Source of the DNA: Macrostomum lignano
Lineage: Eukaryota
Reading direction: 5' to 3'
DNA: 64,000 nucleotides
Assembly: GCA_002269645.1 (NCBI GenBank)
Contig: NIVC01001691.1
Coordinates: forward strand, 1-64,000
Under the pieces are notes generated by a model. It was not told where the DNA came from, searched no databases, and worked only from the letters and a program-made list of their open reading frames with translations. Shown in pieces: positions 9,526 through 20,182 of this stretch. How positions within the stretch are numbered: position 1 is the first letter of the stretch; each line of letters starts with the position of its first letter. Both the position numbers and the translations under genes were made by a program.

Positions 9526-9808
9526 TTTTTGTTCTATTTTTAGTAACAGAAAAAAGAGACGAAGTGGAAGCACAATAGGTTGGGGTAGAATAATAGAACA
9601 GTGGGTGGTATAAGAAAAAGAGACGATTTATAACTTATGAATGAAACTCTCGCTACCATATATGGTATTATGCCTCCTCTTCATGAATGGGCTAGTATGA
9701 AGTTTCATACTACAGAAAAAGACCCTTCGCGCCTGCGGCGCGGCAGCGGGTTATAGAGATTTGGAAGTGTTAGAAGTGTTGGGGGGTGTTGGAAGAATTG
9801 GGGAGTGT

Positions 9809-10073
9809 AGTAGTAGGTAAAACGACGAGTACAGATCAGCCCTTTTTTAATGGCCGTTTATAAGGTTCCAGAGGGGGGACACGAGGGGAGTGTTGGGGGT
9901 GATTTTTATTGATTTTTGGTATTAAGGGGTGTTGTGGGTGATTAGATGTGTTATGGGTGTTTAGATGTGTTTAGATGTGTTTTTTTATTTTCCCCTCGTG
10001 TCCCCCCTCTGGACCCTTAAAACTGCTATTTAAAAAGCGGTCTGGGTCTGTACTCGTCGTTTTACCTACTACT
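9809..10073. repeat. Terminal inverted repeat/hairpin of the Polinton (arms 9809-9889 and 9991-10073)
   Basis: AGTAGTAGGTAAAACGACGAGTACAGA (27 bp) and CCAGAGGGGGGACACGAGGGGA (22 bp) are exactly inverted in both arms, with a diverged middle and a ~100-nt G/T-rich spacer. Confidence 0.9.
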
Positions 10074-10074
10074 A

Positions 10075-10620
10075 TCCCCAATCAACTCAAATCCCCATCT
10101 CTATCGGAATCCCCAATCAACTCAAATCCCCATATCTATTGAAATCCCCAATCAACACAAATCCCCTATCTCTGTCAGAATCTCCAATCAACACAAATCC
10201 CCATATCTATTGAAATCCCCAATCAACACAAATCCTCATATCTGTTGAAATCCCCAATCAACACAAATCCCCATCTCTATCGGAATCCCCAATCAACTCA
10301 AATCCCCATCTCTATCGGAATCCCCAATCAACACAAATCCCCATATCTATTGAAATCCCCAATCAACACAAATCCCATATCTATTGAAATCCCAAATCAA
10401 CACAAATCCCCATCACTATCGGAATCCCCAATCAATACAAACCCCATCTCTATCGGAATCTCCAATCAACACAAATCCCCATCACTATCGGAATCTCCAA
10501 TCAATACAAATCCCCATCTCTATCAGGATCCCTGATCAACACAAATCCCCATCTCTATCAGAATCCCCAATCAACACAAATCCCCATCTGTATCAGAATC
10601 CCCATTTTAATTAGAATCAC
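10075..10620. repeat. Minisatellite, ~35-bp unit (AATCCCCAATCAACACAAATCCCCATCTCTATCGG)
   Basis: Direct inspection; explains ORFs 10245-10535 and 10384-10614. Confidence 0.9.
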
Positions 10621-10723
10621 TATTCAACACTTATCCCCATCCCAACACCCAGCATCCTCCATCAATCCAAGGAAAAGCAGCAATCCTCATTACAAAAAGC
10701 ATCCCTAAATCTGTACTGCGCAG

Positions 10724-11122
10724 GTGACGGACCTCGGCCAGACTCTGTGCGTCGGCATCGGCGGCGACCCGTTCAACGGCACGAATTTCGTCGATTGCCT
10801 AGAGATATTCCTGAAGGACCCCAACACCGAGGGCATCGTCCTTATTGGCGAGATCGGCGGCCAAGCCGAGGAAAACGCGGCCGACTACCTGCGCGAGCAC
10901 AACACCGGCCGCGATGCCAAGCCTGTGGTGTCATTCATTGCCGGCGTCACGGCGCCGCCCGGCCGTCGGATGGGCCACGCCGGCGCTATAATTGCAGGCG
11001 GCAAAGGCGGCGCCAAAGAGAAGATTGCGGCGCTAGAATCGGCCGGCGTTGTTGTGTCGAAATCGCCAGCCCAGATGGGTCAGCTGATGCTGGCCGAGAT
11101 GAAGCGGCTTGGCAAAGCCTGA
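10724..11122 (+). CDS. SUCLG1: Succinyl-CoA ligase alpha subunit, terminal exon
   Basis: [36 protein letters not shown] (catalytic His loop); acceptor CTGCGCAG ends at 10723; stop at 11120-11122. Upstream exons are not in the window. Confidence 0.95.
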   Translation: MTDLGQTLCVGIGGDPFNGTNFVDCLEIFLKDPNTEGIVLIGEIGGQAEENAADYLREHNTGRDAKPVVSFIAGVTAPPGRRMGHAGAIIAGGKGGAKEKIAALESAGVVVSKSPAQMGQLMLAEMKRLGKA

Positions 11123-11924
11123 AGAAGCTGCGGGTTTAGACAGGGGCAAAAAATAATTCGTATAGGATGATGCTGGCATTGCTACTAGCGACAGTAGAAT
11201 CTTTCGATTCTTGGATTTTTTGCTCTAATTTCTGCTGTCGAGATGGATTTTATTTGAAAAAACCCTTGCTCTACTGTTAGTAGTGTCGAAAAATCAACAT
11301 TAGTGAAAAAAAACTATTGGAATTTGTTTGTTCATCCTTATGTATGCTTTTTAAATTCTAAGAATACTTTATTGCTGTCGGATTAACAATTAGGTAGGGC
11401 CTACTTTGTCGCCTTCTTTCCCCCGTTAGCAAAAATTTATTATTAATTAGTGTGTTCTTTTCAAACCCTTTGTAGGCTTCAGAGTAACAAAATATATTTC
11501 AGGTAAAGTAAATCTGCATCTTCTTTGAACACCGCCGTCTGTTTTTTATATAGCAAGCAATTTTCTGAGAAGGAAGGAGATAAAAAAGCTTTTTTGTGCC
11601 AGCGTGAGCTCAGCGTGTTGATAAGTATAAAACCCGTTTGAAGTTAGATTAATATTTATATGCACGCATAAAATATTAGTCTGAATTTAAACAAAACATA
11701 CTATTATATATTACATATTTAGACTTAACAAATGCATTATGAAAAACATCTTCGTGCGGTGAAGTTTAACAAATTTAATTCATAATTTAAACTTTTCTTA
11801 TATTAATCCGCTTATTTATTGTGTCTATTCTGTAGGAATTGTAGAAATAGGAGTTTTCGTGTATTGGTTCTTAACGTCCATAAATGGGGACGCTTAAATT
11901 GGTTCTTCAATGAGCTCTTCCCTG

Positions 11925-12460
11925 GTCCTTGATGAGGCTCTTCCCTGGTCCTTTGATGAGGCTCTTCCCTGGTCCTTTAATGAGGCTCTTCCCTGGTCCT
12001 TTGATGAGGCTCTTCCCTGGTCCTTTGATGAGGCTCTTCCCTGGTCCTTTGATGAGGCTCTTCCCTGGTCCTTTGATGAGGCTCTTCCCTGGTCCTTTGA
12101 TGGGGCTCTTCCCTGGTCCTTTGATGGGGCTCTTCCCTGGTCCTTTAATGGGGCTCTTCCCTGGTCCTTTGATGAGGCTCTTCACTGGTCCTTTGATGGG
12201 GCTCTTCACTGGTCCTTTGATGGGGCTCTTCCCTGGTCCTTTAATGGGGCTCTTCCCTGGTCCTTTGATGGGGCTCTTCCCTGGTCCTTTGATGAGGCTC
12301 TTCCCTGGTCCTTTGATGGGGCTCTTCCCTGGTCCTTTAATGGGGCTCCTCCCTGGTCCTTTATTGATGCTCTTCCATGGTCCTTTACTAGGGCTCTTCC
12401 ATGGTCCTTTACTAGGGCTTATCCCTGGTCCTTTACTAGGGCTTATCCCTGGTCCTTTAT
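11925..12460. repeat. 24-bp tandem array (GGTCCTTTGATGAGGCTCTTCCCT); open as GPGKSPIK on the minus strand
   Basis: About 22 units; open in several frames. Confidence 0.9.
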
Positions 12461-12606
12461 TGGCATTTTTCAATGCGCCGCTTCCATAGCCTTTATTTGG
12501 ACTGCTTGGCTGGTCCTCAACAGGCCTCTTAGCCACTAAGTTAGTTTAAGCAGTTTACCCGGCTCAAATTTACATCATTCGTTGACAATATTCAATATCA
12601 CTCCAG

Positions 12607-13223
12607 CAGCGCCAGAGGCCTACTCAGGCATCGCCGACACCGCCGACCGACAGCTCCTTCGGCGACGTCAACGTTGAAGACTACGACGCCCTCGACGATG
12701 AGGACAATGAAAAGCGTCTGGCCGCTCGCGCCGTCGCCATGGTGATTGATAGCTCGCGTCGCGGCGGCGTAGTCACGCTGTGCGCCGACGTGGCCAGCCT
12801 TCTTCGACGTCAGCGCGGCCTGGAGCTCCGCCTGCGTCGCTTGACAGCAGAGAACGCCGAGCTTCGGGTTGCTGCCGCCTCCGCTGCCGTCTCCACCGCT
12901 GACGAGTCCAGATCGCGAAGCTCGTACTCAACCTCGCCGTCGCCGTCCGCTTGTTCAACAGCCGCCACCGCGGCGACGACGCATTCGTTGACTTCGCTGC
13001 TAACGCAGGCGACACAAACTTCCGATGAGGCCAACGAAGCTGCCGACGTTGTGGACGCCTCCGAGCTGCGCCACGCGATGCGCCTGAACTCTGCACTGGC
13101 AGTTCGACTGGCTCGAGCGACTCGACAGCTGGCCGCTGCTGAGGCGGCGTCGGCAGCCACGGAGTCTGGCCAGAAACTGTACCAGAAGCCGATGATGAGG
13201 CGCCGGCGTCAGTCTCCGATGCG
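12607..13223 (+). CDS. Exon of unknown gene (acidic stretch plus predicted coiled coil)
   Basis: GC-rich, open from 12586 (..DVNVEDYDALDDEDNEKRL..LRRLTAENAELR..). Candidate acceptor CTCCAG ends at 12606; phase-2 donors after 13223 (GTGTGT) or 13265 (GTGACC). Confidence 0.5.
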
Positions 13224-13264
13224 GTGTGTGGCTTGGCTATCTGTTGAGTTGTCGTCACAGGATC

Positions 13265-13800
13265 GGTGACCCCTAGTAATGTAGGTGCCCTCACTTCCCC
13301 ATGGAGGATCAGTGACCCCAACTCGATCCCCATAAAGGGTCAGTGACCCCAATTCCCTGCGAAGGAGGGTCAGTGACCCCACGTCTCCATAAAGGGTCAG
13401 TGACCCCAATTCCCTGCGAAGGAGGGTCAGTGACCCCACGTCTCCATAAAGGGTCAGTGACCCCAATTCCCCGCATTTTAGGGGTCAGTGACCCCTATTC
13501 CCTGCGGAGGGGCAATGACTCCAATTCCCCTTGAAGTACTCTGTAAGCTCTGTGACTCCGATTCACCCTGAAAGGCATCAGTGACCCCAATTCACCGTGA
13601 AGAGCATTAGTGACCCAGATTCACCGTGAAGAACATCAGTGACCCAGATTCACCGTGAGCAGCATCAGTGACCCCAATTCACCGTGAAGAGCATCAGTGA
13701 CCCAGATTCACCGTGAAGAACATCAGTGACCCAGATTTACCGTGATGGACAGCAATTGGAGTGACCCCAATTCACCCTAAAAACCGTTAGTGATCTCAGT
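13265..13800. repeat. Intronic minisatellite with palindromic core GGGTCAGTGACCC
   Basis: Six perfect cores between 13338 and 13494, then degenerate CATCAGTGACCC units. Confidence 0.85.
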
Positions 13801-14053
13801 GCCCTAAGAAAGGGATTTGTGACCTTAATCCCCTGGAATAGGAAATCGTGACCTCATATTTTCTCAGCTAAAAATCGCAGAGATAAGATCTCGATCAGTG
13901 GAATCGATCTACCGTTAGAAATCATTGGTTAATGTTAATTTGAAATCTAGATTAGCCATTGGCACAGTTCCTAAGCCATTAACTATGCCCAAATCCTAAA
14001 TATAAGCATTTATATCGTTGAGCAACCAGACCCATGCAATTTCTTTTCGTCAG

Positions 14054-14513
14054 GTGTTCCGCCGGCCGGTTGCTCAACTTAAATTCGAAATTCGATGATA
14101 GCCGTAAGCAGCAGCAGCCGCCGCCGCTAATAATCCTGCCCGGCTGTCCCTGCCTAGACTGCTCTTCCGCGTCCGTCTCCGTCCACGCCGCCGCCGCCAC
14201 CGTCACGACGTCAGTCGGTCGGATCCGAGTTGGTGACGTCGTCGTCCTTCGCAACGGTCGCACCGGTCGAGTCCACGGCTTCGAGCACGGCGACGCGTCA
14301 TCGATTGCGCTCCGTCTGGCGCCCGAGCCGCGGGTCGCTTTGTCATTGTCTACGGCAACTTCGGCGGAAGCTGCAGTCGACACGACGTCGGAGTCGTTTT
14401 TAGTCGATCTGGTCGACATTTCTAGCGTTCGTCATCAAACTGGTGAAAATCAAGCCGTATCAGCTGCTGATGCCAAGCCTTCTGTAGAGTACTTTGTAAC
14501 TGACTACTTGTAG
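14054..14513 (+). CDS. Terminal exon of the unknown gene; possible SH3/KOW/CAP-Gly-like beta-barrel (IRVGDVVVLRNGRTGRVHGF)
   Basis: Acceptor TTCTTTTCGTCAG ends at 14053, phase-compatible with the donors above; GC-rich; stop at 14511-14513. Confidence 0.5.
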
Positions 14514-14597
14514 TAGACTGTATAGAAGTTCAATGTGAATTTTGGCTACTATTTTCTATAATGATCAGAAGTCAGTGTGAAACTTTAGTCAAACAAA

Positions 14598-15125
14598 ACC
14601 GGAAGTTTGAGTATCCATCACCATTAAGGACCGGAAGTTTGAGTATCCGCCACCACTAAGGCCGGAAGTTTGAGTATCCGCCCCTATTAAGGACCGGAAG
14701 TTTGAGTATCCGCCCCTATTAATGACCGGAAGTTTGAGTGTCCGCCCCTATTAAGGACCGGAAGTTTGAGTATCCGCCCCTATTAATGACCGGAAGTTTG
14801 AGTATCCGCCCCTATTAATGACCGAAAGTTTGAGTATCCGCCCATATTAAGAACAGAAAGTTTGAGTATCCGCCACTATTAATGACCGGAAGTTTGAGTA
14901 TCCGCCACTATTAAGAACCGGAAGTTTAAGTATCCGCCACTATTAATGACCAGAAGTTTGAGTATCCGCCCCTATTAAGAACAGAAAGTTTGAGTATCCG
15001 CCACTATTAAGAACAGAAAGTTTGAGTATCCGCCACTATTAAGAACAGAAAGTTTAAGTATCCGCCCTTATTAATGACCAGAAGTTTGAGTATCCGCCAC
15101 TACGAGTATTAAGGACCGGAAGTTT
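14598..15125. repeat. ~31-bp minisatellite (CCGGAAGTTTGAGTATCCGCCCCTATTAAGGA)
   Basis: About 16 units. Confidence 0.9.
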
Positions 15126-15632
15126 GTTTTTCTGTCCCCATTTATTATATTTTAATAGATTTAGTACTTAGATTTAGTATATTTAGAAGTGTTGCCAACC
15201 CACTCTGCTTTTTGCAGAAATCAAGTTTCGTCTTTTGGACGCACAGTTTTTGTGGTTGTATAATTAATCTCGATTTCTTCCATCATCTTATGCCCGTGTT
15301 TTGCTGGCTTTATTTAAATCTGGCGCTGATTTATCTATATTGTGTACTTTTCCGTTCCGTTCTGTCTTCACATCTTGATGTGATGTACTTTTAATGCCTT
15401 GTACTTTTAAAGTACACAATGCATGCATTCAGCTTTTAATTAGTGGTAAATTGCTTTTTCTAATTATTCAAAAGTACAAAGTACAACCGACTTTGCCGGG
15501 CCAAGTTTATATTGGCAATGTACTATTATTTAGATTGTTTTAACTGAGTTTAGAAGTGTTTGCTAATAAGCCTATAATTAGTTTTCTGTTATCTATTCCT
15601 CATTTCATTCGAAATAAAAATTGGGATTTAAA

Positions 15633-16249
15633 CCCCTATAAAATTGAGGCGGTCACATTTTAACTATGTGACCATTTTGTGACCGTCAATGTGAACCTCG
15701 AATGTGACCAACAAATAGGTAAAACGGCCAGTCATGCCAAATTGCATATTCGCTTTTTTGACGTTTATATTTTTCTTAAATTAACCCAACACACGAGGCT
15801 CCGAAGACGGTCTTTTCATCTTCTGACAGTCACATTGACAGTCACACGAGTGACAGTTCTGGGACGGTCTTTTCATCTTCTGACAGTCACATTGACAGTC
15901 ACACGAGTGACAGTTCTGGGACGGTCTTTTCATCTTCTGACAGTCACATTGACGGTCACACGAGTGACAGTTCTGGGACGGTCTTTTCATCTTCTGACAG
16001 TCACATTGACGGTCACACGAGTGACAGTTCTGGGACGGTCACATTTGTGGGTCACATTGGCGGTCACATTTTTTGGTCACATTGACGGTCACATTTGTAG
16101 GTCACATTGATGTTCACGTGAAGGACGTGTCAAATTGCGCGGTCACATTATTAACTGACTGTCACATTACGGTCATAAGTATGATAAGCAGTGTCACATT
16201 TTTTACTGTCACCAAAAAATTTTTTGCGACCGTTCCATTTTTATACGGG
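15633..16249. mobile_element. Non-autonomous DNA transposon (CMC/EnSpm-like MITE) with internal 57-bp array
   Basis: Imperfect 24-bp TIRs CCCCTATAAAATTGAGGCGGTCAC / revcomp CCCGTATAAAAATGGAACGGTCGC; AAA on both flanks; subterminal GTCACATT repeats in both orientations; four 57-bp units at ~15805-16040. Confidence 0.55.
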
Positions 16250-16481
16250 AAAATTCGCGGCTTGGAATTCGATTTTCTATTGAATTGATTCCGATTTTTT
16301 AGCTCTATAAGACTCAGAAGTTTTTGATCAATGGGTGGCGTCGCTTGAGTGAAAATTAATAACTCAATTTGCATTTTTCTTAATTACTCTTTGCAGCAAC
16401 AAGACAAGTTGAGTCTACTGCTTGAAGAAGCTGTCATACAGAGTACTAAAAACTACTAATATAGATAATATTTTATTCTTA

Positions 16482-16709
16482 ATGTCGTCAAAATTGCGCC
16501 AACAATTAGCAGCGGATAAAGATGACGTCATACCGCCGAAAGTTGCCGCAGCGGCTGCCGCGGCTGCCAATGCAGCAGGCAGCGGCCCGAACAGTCGGGC
16601 GTTTCAAGCCACCGCCAGGCGTCAGCGAATGTGCACCTCTAGGGCTGTTGGCATTGTTGAACAGCTGGCCGGCCAGGGCAGCGTCGGCATGGTGTACTTT
16701 TCGAGAGTT
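16482..16709 (+). CDS. RPAP2: RPAP2/Rtr1 (RNA polymerase II CTD phosphatase) exon 1
   Basis: ATG at 16482, RAVGIVEQL, strong phase-0 donor GTGAGT at 16710. Confidence 0.75.
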
Positions 16710-17188
16710 GTGAGTTCGGGTGCTCAGTTTTGTTGCTGAGTTAAATGTGGTAGAATTTAAGGGTAGAATAGAGTACATTGTCAGTAGATTCGGAAGTAGA
16801 ATATAAGGGTAGAGTAGAGTATACTTTTATTAGATTTCAGGGGTAGAAATTTAGGGTAGAATAGACTAGATTTATAGTAGATTCGGGAGTAGAATATAGG
16901 GACAGAATAAAGTCTATTTTAGTAGATTCAAGGGTAGAAATGAGGGGTAGAGTATTTTTTCAATGTATTCAGAAGTAGAAATAAAGGGTAGAAAATCATA
17001 TTTTTAGTAGATTCAGTAGTAGAAATTAAAGATAGAATAAAATACGAGTATGTTTTAGTAGATATATAGGAGCATATAAATTAGGGCGGAATAGAAGACG
17101 AAATAGATTAGGGATAGAACGATGGTAGAATGGTAGGGTGGATTCAAAGCTCAGCATAGCGGTTAATCCCGTCTCTCCCCATCCGCAG

Positions 17189-17365
17189 CTGATCTACCTC
17201 AGCCGGCAGCACTACCTGGACGCGGTTACTGAGCGCAACTTGACCAACTCTTGCGGCTTCCCGCTGTGCCCTGAGCCGCTGAGCCCCACTAACGACAGAG
17301 CGCAACAGCAGCGCTACCGGATCATTGCGTCTACTAGGCGGGTGTATGATGTCACTCGGCGAAAG
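17189..17365 (+). CDS. RPAP2: RPAP2 exon 2 (Rtr1 Zn-finger domain, first half)
   Basis: HYLDAVTERNLTNSCGFPLC..RYRI..RVYDVTRRK; CCGCAG acceptor, AAG|GTGACA donor. Confidence 0.9.
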
Positions 17366-17409
17366 GTGACAGATGGATCTGGCTAGGCTCGGGTGTCTTG
17401 TTGCCGGGT

Positions 17410-18025
17410 ATCGGATGTCAGGTAGCCAAATGTCAGGTACTCAAATGTCAGGTAGTCAAATGTCAGGTACTCAAATGTCAGGTAGTCAAATGTCAGGTGT
17501 CAGGTAGTCAAATGTCAGGTGTCAGGTAGTCAAATGTCAGGTAGCCAAATGTCAGGTAGCTAAATGTCAGGTAGCCAAATGTCAGGTGTCAGGTAGCCAG
17601 ATGTCAGGTGTCAGGTAGCCAATTGTCAGGTAGCCAAATGCCAGGTAGTCAAATGTCAGGTAGCCAATTGTCAGGTACTCAAATGTCAGGTAGTCAAATG
17701 TCAGGTAGCCAAATGTCAGGTAGCCAAATGTCAGGTAGCCAAATGTCAGGTAGCCAAATGTCAGGTAGTCAAATGTCAGGTAGTCAAATGTCAGGTAGCC
17801 AATTGTCAGGTAGCCAATTGTCAGGTAGTCGAATGGCAGGTAGCCAAATGTCAGGTAGCCAATTGTCAGGTAGCCAATTGTCAGGTAGCCAATTGTCAGG
17901 TAGCCAATTGTCAGGTAGCCAAATGTCAGGTAGCCAAATGTCAGGTAGTCAAATGTCAGGTAGCCAATTGTCAGGTAGCCAATTGTCAGGTAGTCGAATG
18001 TCAGGTAGCCAAATGTCAGGTGTCA
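17410..18025. repeat. Intronic 15-bp satellite (ATGTCAGGTAGCCAA)
   Basis: Lies between RPAP2 exons 2 and 3; produces the SGSQM portion of ORF 17608-18720. Confidence 0.9.
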
Positions 18026-18063
18026 GCTATCGCAGAGGTGAATTTCTCAATGCCATCGCTCAG

Positions 18064-18712
18064 TGCTACTGCTCCGATGCCTGCTTTGCCCAATCGACCT
18101 ACGTACACGATCAACTCATCCCGGAGACTCCGCTGTGGCTTCGCGTCGGCGCCGATGCTTCCGCCTCCTCCGTCGATCCGCCGCCGCTCACCGCCGACGC
18201 CCTGACGGAGACGCTCGCCGCAGTGGAGCCGCGGCCTGGCGACCCGGTGGTCCTGGACGCCGTGGCCGAAGATTTGGACCGGCTGCTCAAAATCAGCGAC
18301 AAGCCGCAGGCGTCGGAAGTCAAGGAGGCGCCAAAGTTATCGACGGAGACGCCGGCCCAGCGGCCGAGTCTGGCCTGGCTGGACCGGCTCGTCCAGTCGA
18401 CATCGACGGCTACAGACTCGGCGCCGTTTGCGACGTCCACAGCGAGTCAGCGGGCCGATCCGGAGACTGCAGCGTTCGCCGTCGCGTCCGATTGGTTTAC
18501 CCGGGCTACCAGGGACTTTCTGACTAATCGGAGCAGACCCATGGCGTCAGCTGGCACCGCTGCTGACAGCGTCGCTAAGGCTACCGTTCGGTTGCTAAGC
18601 AACGAAGTAGCGACCCCGTTGGCAACCAAAAGAAATGTTCCTTCCGCTGTTAAAAGCTCGTCCAATTCGAACTCCGTGAAAATTTTTGAACGATTTTCCT
18701 CGTCCTCTGCTG
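18064..18712 (+). CDS. RPAP2: RPAP2 exon 3
   Basis: CYCSDACFAQS..QLIPETPLWLR completes the Rtr1 domain; probable GC donor (G|GCAAGT) at 18713. Confidence 0.85.
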
Positions 18713-18749
18713 GCAAGTAACTGTGTTCCAGCCTTTTGGCTATCAGCCT

Positions 18750-19210
18750 TAGTGAGTTAGTTAGGTAGATTCGTAGGTAAGTAGGTAGTTAGGTATTTAA
18801 TTAGTTAGTTAGTTACTTAGTTAGTTAATTAGTTAGTTTGTTTGTTTGCTAGTCAGTCAGTTAGTTAGCTAGTTAGTTAGTTAGTTAATTAGTTAGTTAG
18901 CTAGTTTGTTTCTTAGTGAGTTAGTTAGTCAGTTAGTTAGTCAGTTAGTTAGTCAGTTAGTCAGTTAGTTAGTCAGTTAGTTAGTTAGTTAGTTAGTTAG
19001 TCAGTTAGTTAGTTAGTTAGTTAGTTAATTAGTTAGTTAGCTAGTTAGTTACTTAGTGAGTTAGTTAGTCAGTCAGTTAGTTAGTTTGTTAGTTAGTTTG
19101 TTAGTTTGTTTGTTTGCTAGTTAGTCAGTTAGTTAGCTAGTTAGTTAGTTAGTTAATTAGTTAGTTAGCTAGTTTGTTTCTTAGTGAGTTAGTTAGTCAG
19201 TTAGTTAGTC

Positions 19211-19261
<51 letters not shown>

Positions 19262-19681
19262 CAGTTAGTTAGTTAGTTAGTTAGTTAGTTAATTAGTTAG
19301 TTAGCTAGTTAGTTACTTAGTGAGTTAGTTAGTCAGTCAGTTAGTTAGTTTGTTAGTTAGTTTGTTAGTTTGTTTGTTTGCTAGTTAGTCAGTTAGTTAG
19401 CTAGTTAGTTAGTTAGTTAATTAGTTAGTTAGCTAGTTTGTTTCTTAGTGAGTTAGTTAGTTAGTTAGTTAGTCAGTTAGTTAGTCAGTTAGTTAGTCAG
19501 TTAGTCAGTTAGTTAGTTAGTTAGCTAGTTAGCTAGTTAGTTAGTTAGTTAGTTAGTTAGTCAGTCAGTTAGTTAGTTAGTTAGTTAGTTTGTTTGTTTG
19601 TTAGTTAGTTTGTTAGTTTGTTTGTTTGCTAGTTAGTCAGTTAGTTAGCTAGTTAGTTAGTTAGCTAGTTAGCTAGTTAGC

Positions 19682-19741
<60 letters not shown>

Positions 19742-19938
19742 CAGTTAGTTAGTTAGCTAGTTAGCTAGTTAGTTAGTTAGTTAATTAGTTAGTTAGTTAG
19801 TCAGTCAGTTAGTTTGTTAGTTTGTTTGTTTGCTAGTTAGTCAGTTAGTTAGCTAGTTAGTTAGTTAGCTAGTTAGCTAGTTAGTTAGTTAGTTACTTAG
19901 TTAGTTAGTTACTTAGTTAGTTAGTCAGTTAGTTAGTC

Positions 19939-19990
<52 letters not shown>

Positions 19991-20002
19991 CGTTAGTTAG
20001 TG

Positions 20003-20037
<35 letters not shown>

Positions 20038-20085
20038 CAGTTAGTTATCAATACGCTCGTAGTTTGTTCGTCAGTTAGTTACTTA
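18750..20085. repeat. (TTAG)n microsatellite, intronic
   Basis: Direct inspection. Confidence 0.95.
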
Positions 20086-20182
20086 GTTCGTTTTAGCATA
20101 AAATACGTTAAAATTCGCAGCTTGCCTACTAACATCAAACTGACAGTAGCATGATTAGCAGCTGTGTTCTATTCTATTTTAG

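Larger units (their letters stand above)
1..10073. mobile_element. Polinton/Maverick (adintovirus-like) endogenous DNA virus, right part; continues beyond the left edge of the window
   Basis: AT-rich, intron-free, gene-dense block containing a protein-primed PolB, a fibre-like gene and Gly-rich core-like ORFs. It ends in ...CCTACTACT (10065-10073), the reverse complement of the AGTAGT-type Polinton terminus, and is followed abruptly by host satellite. Capsid, ATPase, protease and integrase genes are not in the window. Confidence 0.9.

Noticed and set aside
10724-11122. Bacterial contamination or horizontally acquired sucD
   Set aside because: It begins at a splice acceptor mid-domain and the C-terminal sequence is of the eukaryotic SUCLG1 type.
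17608-18063. SGSQM/SGSQL repeat N-terminal to RPAP2 exon 3
   Set aside because: The Rtr1 domain reads continuously from exon 2 (RRK) to exon 3 (CYCS) using canonical splice sites, so the repeat is intronic.
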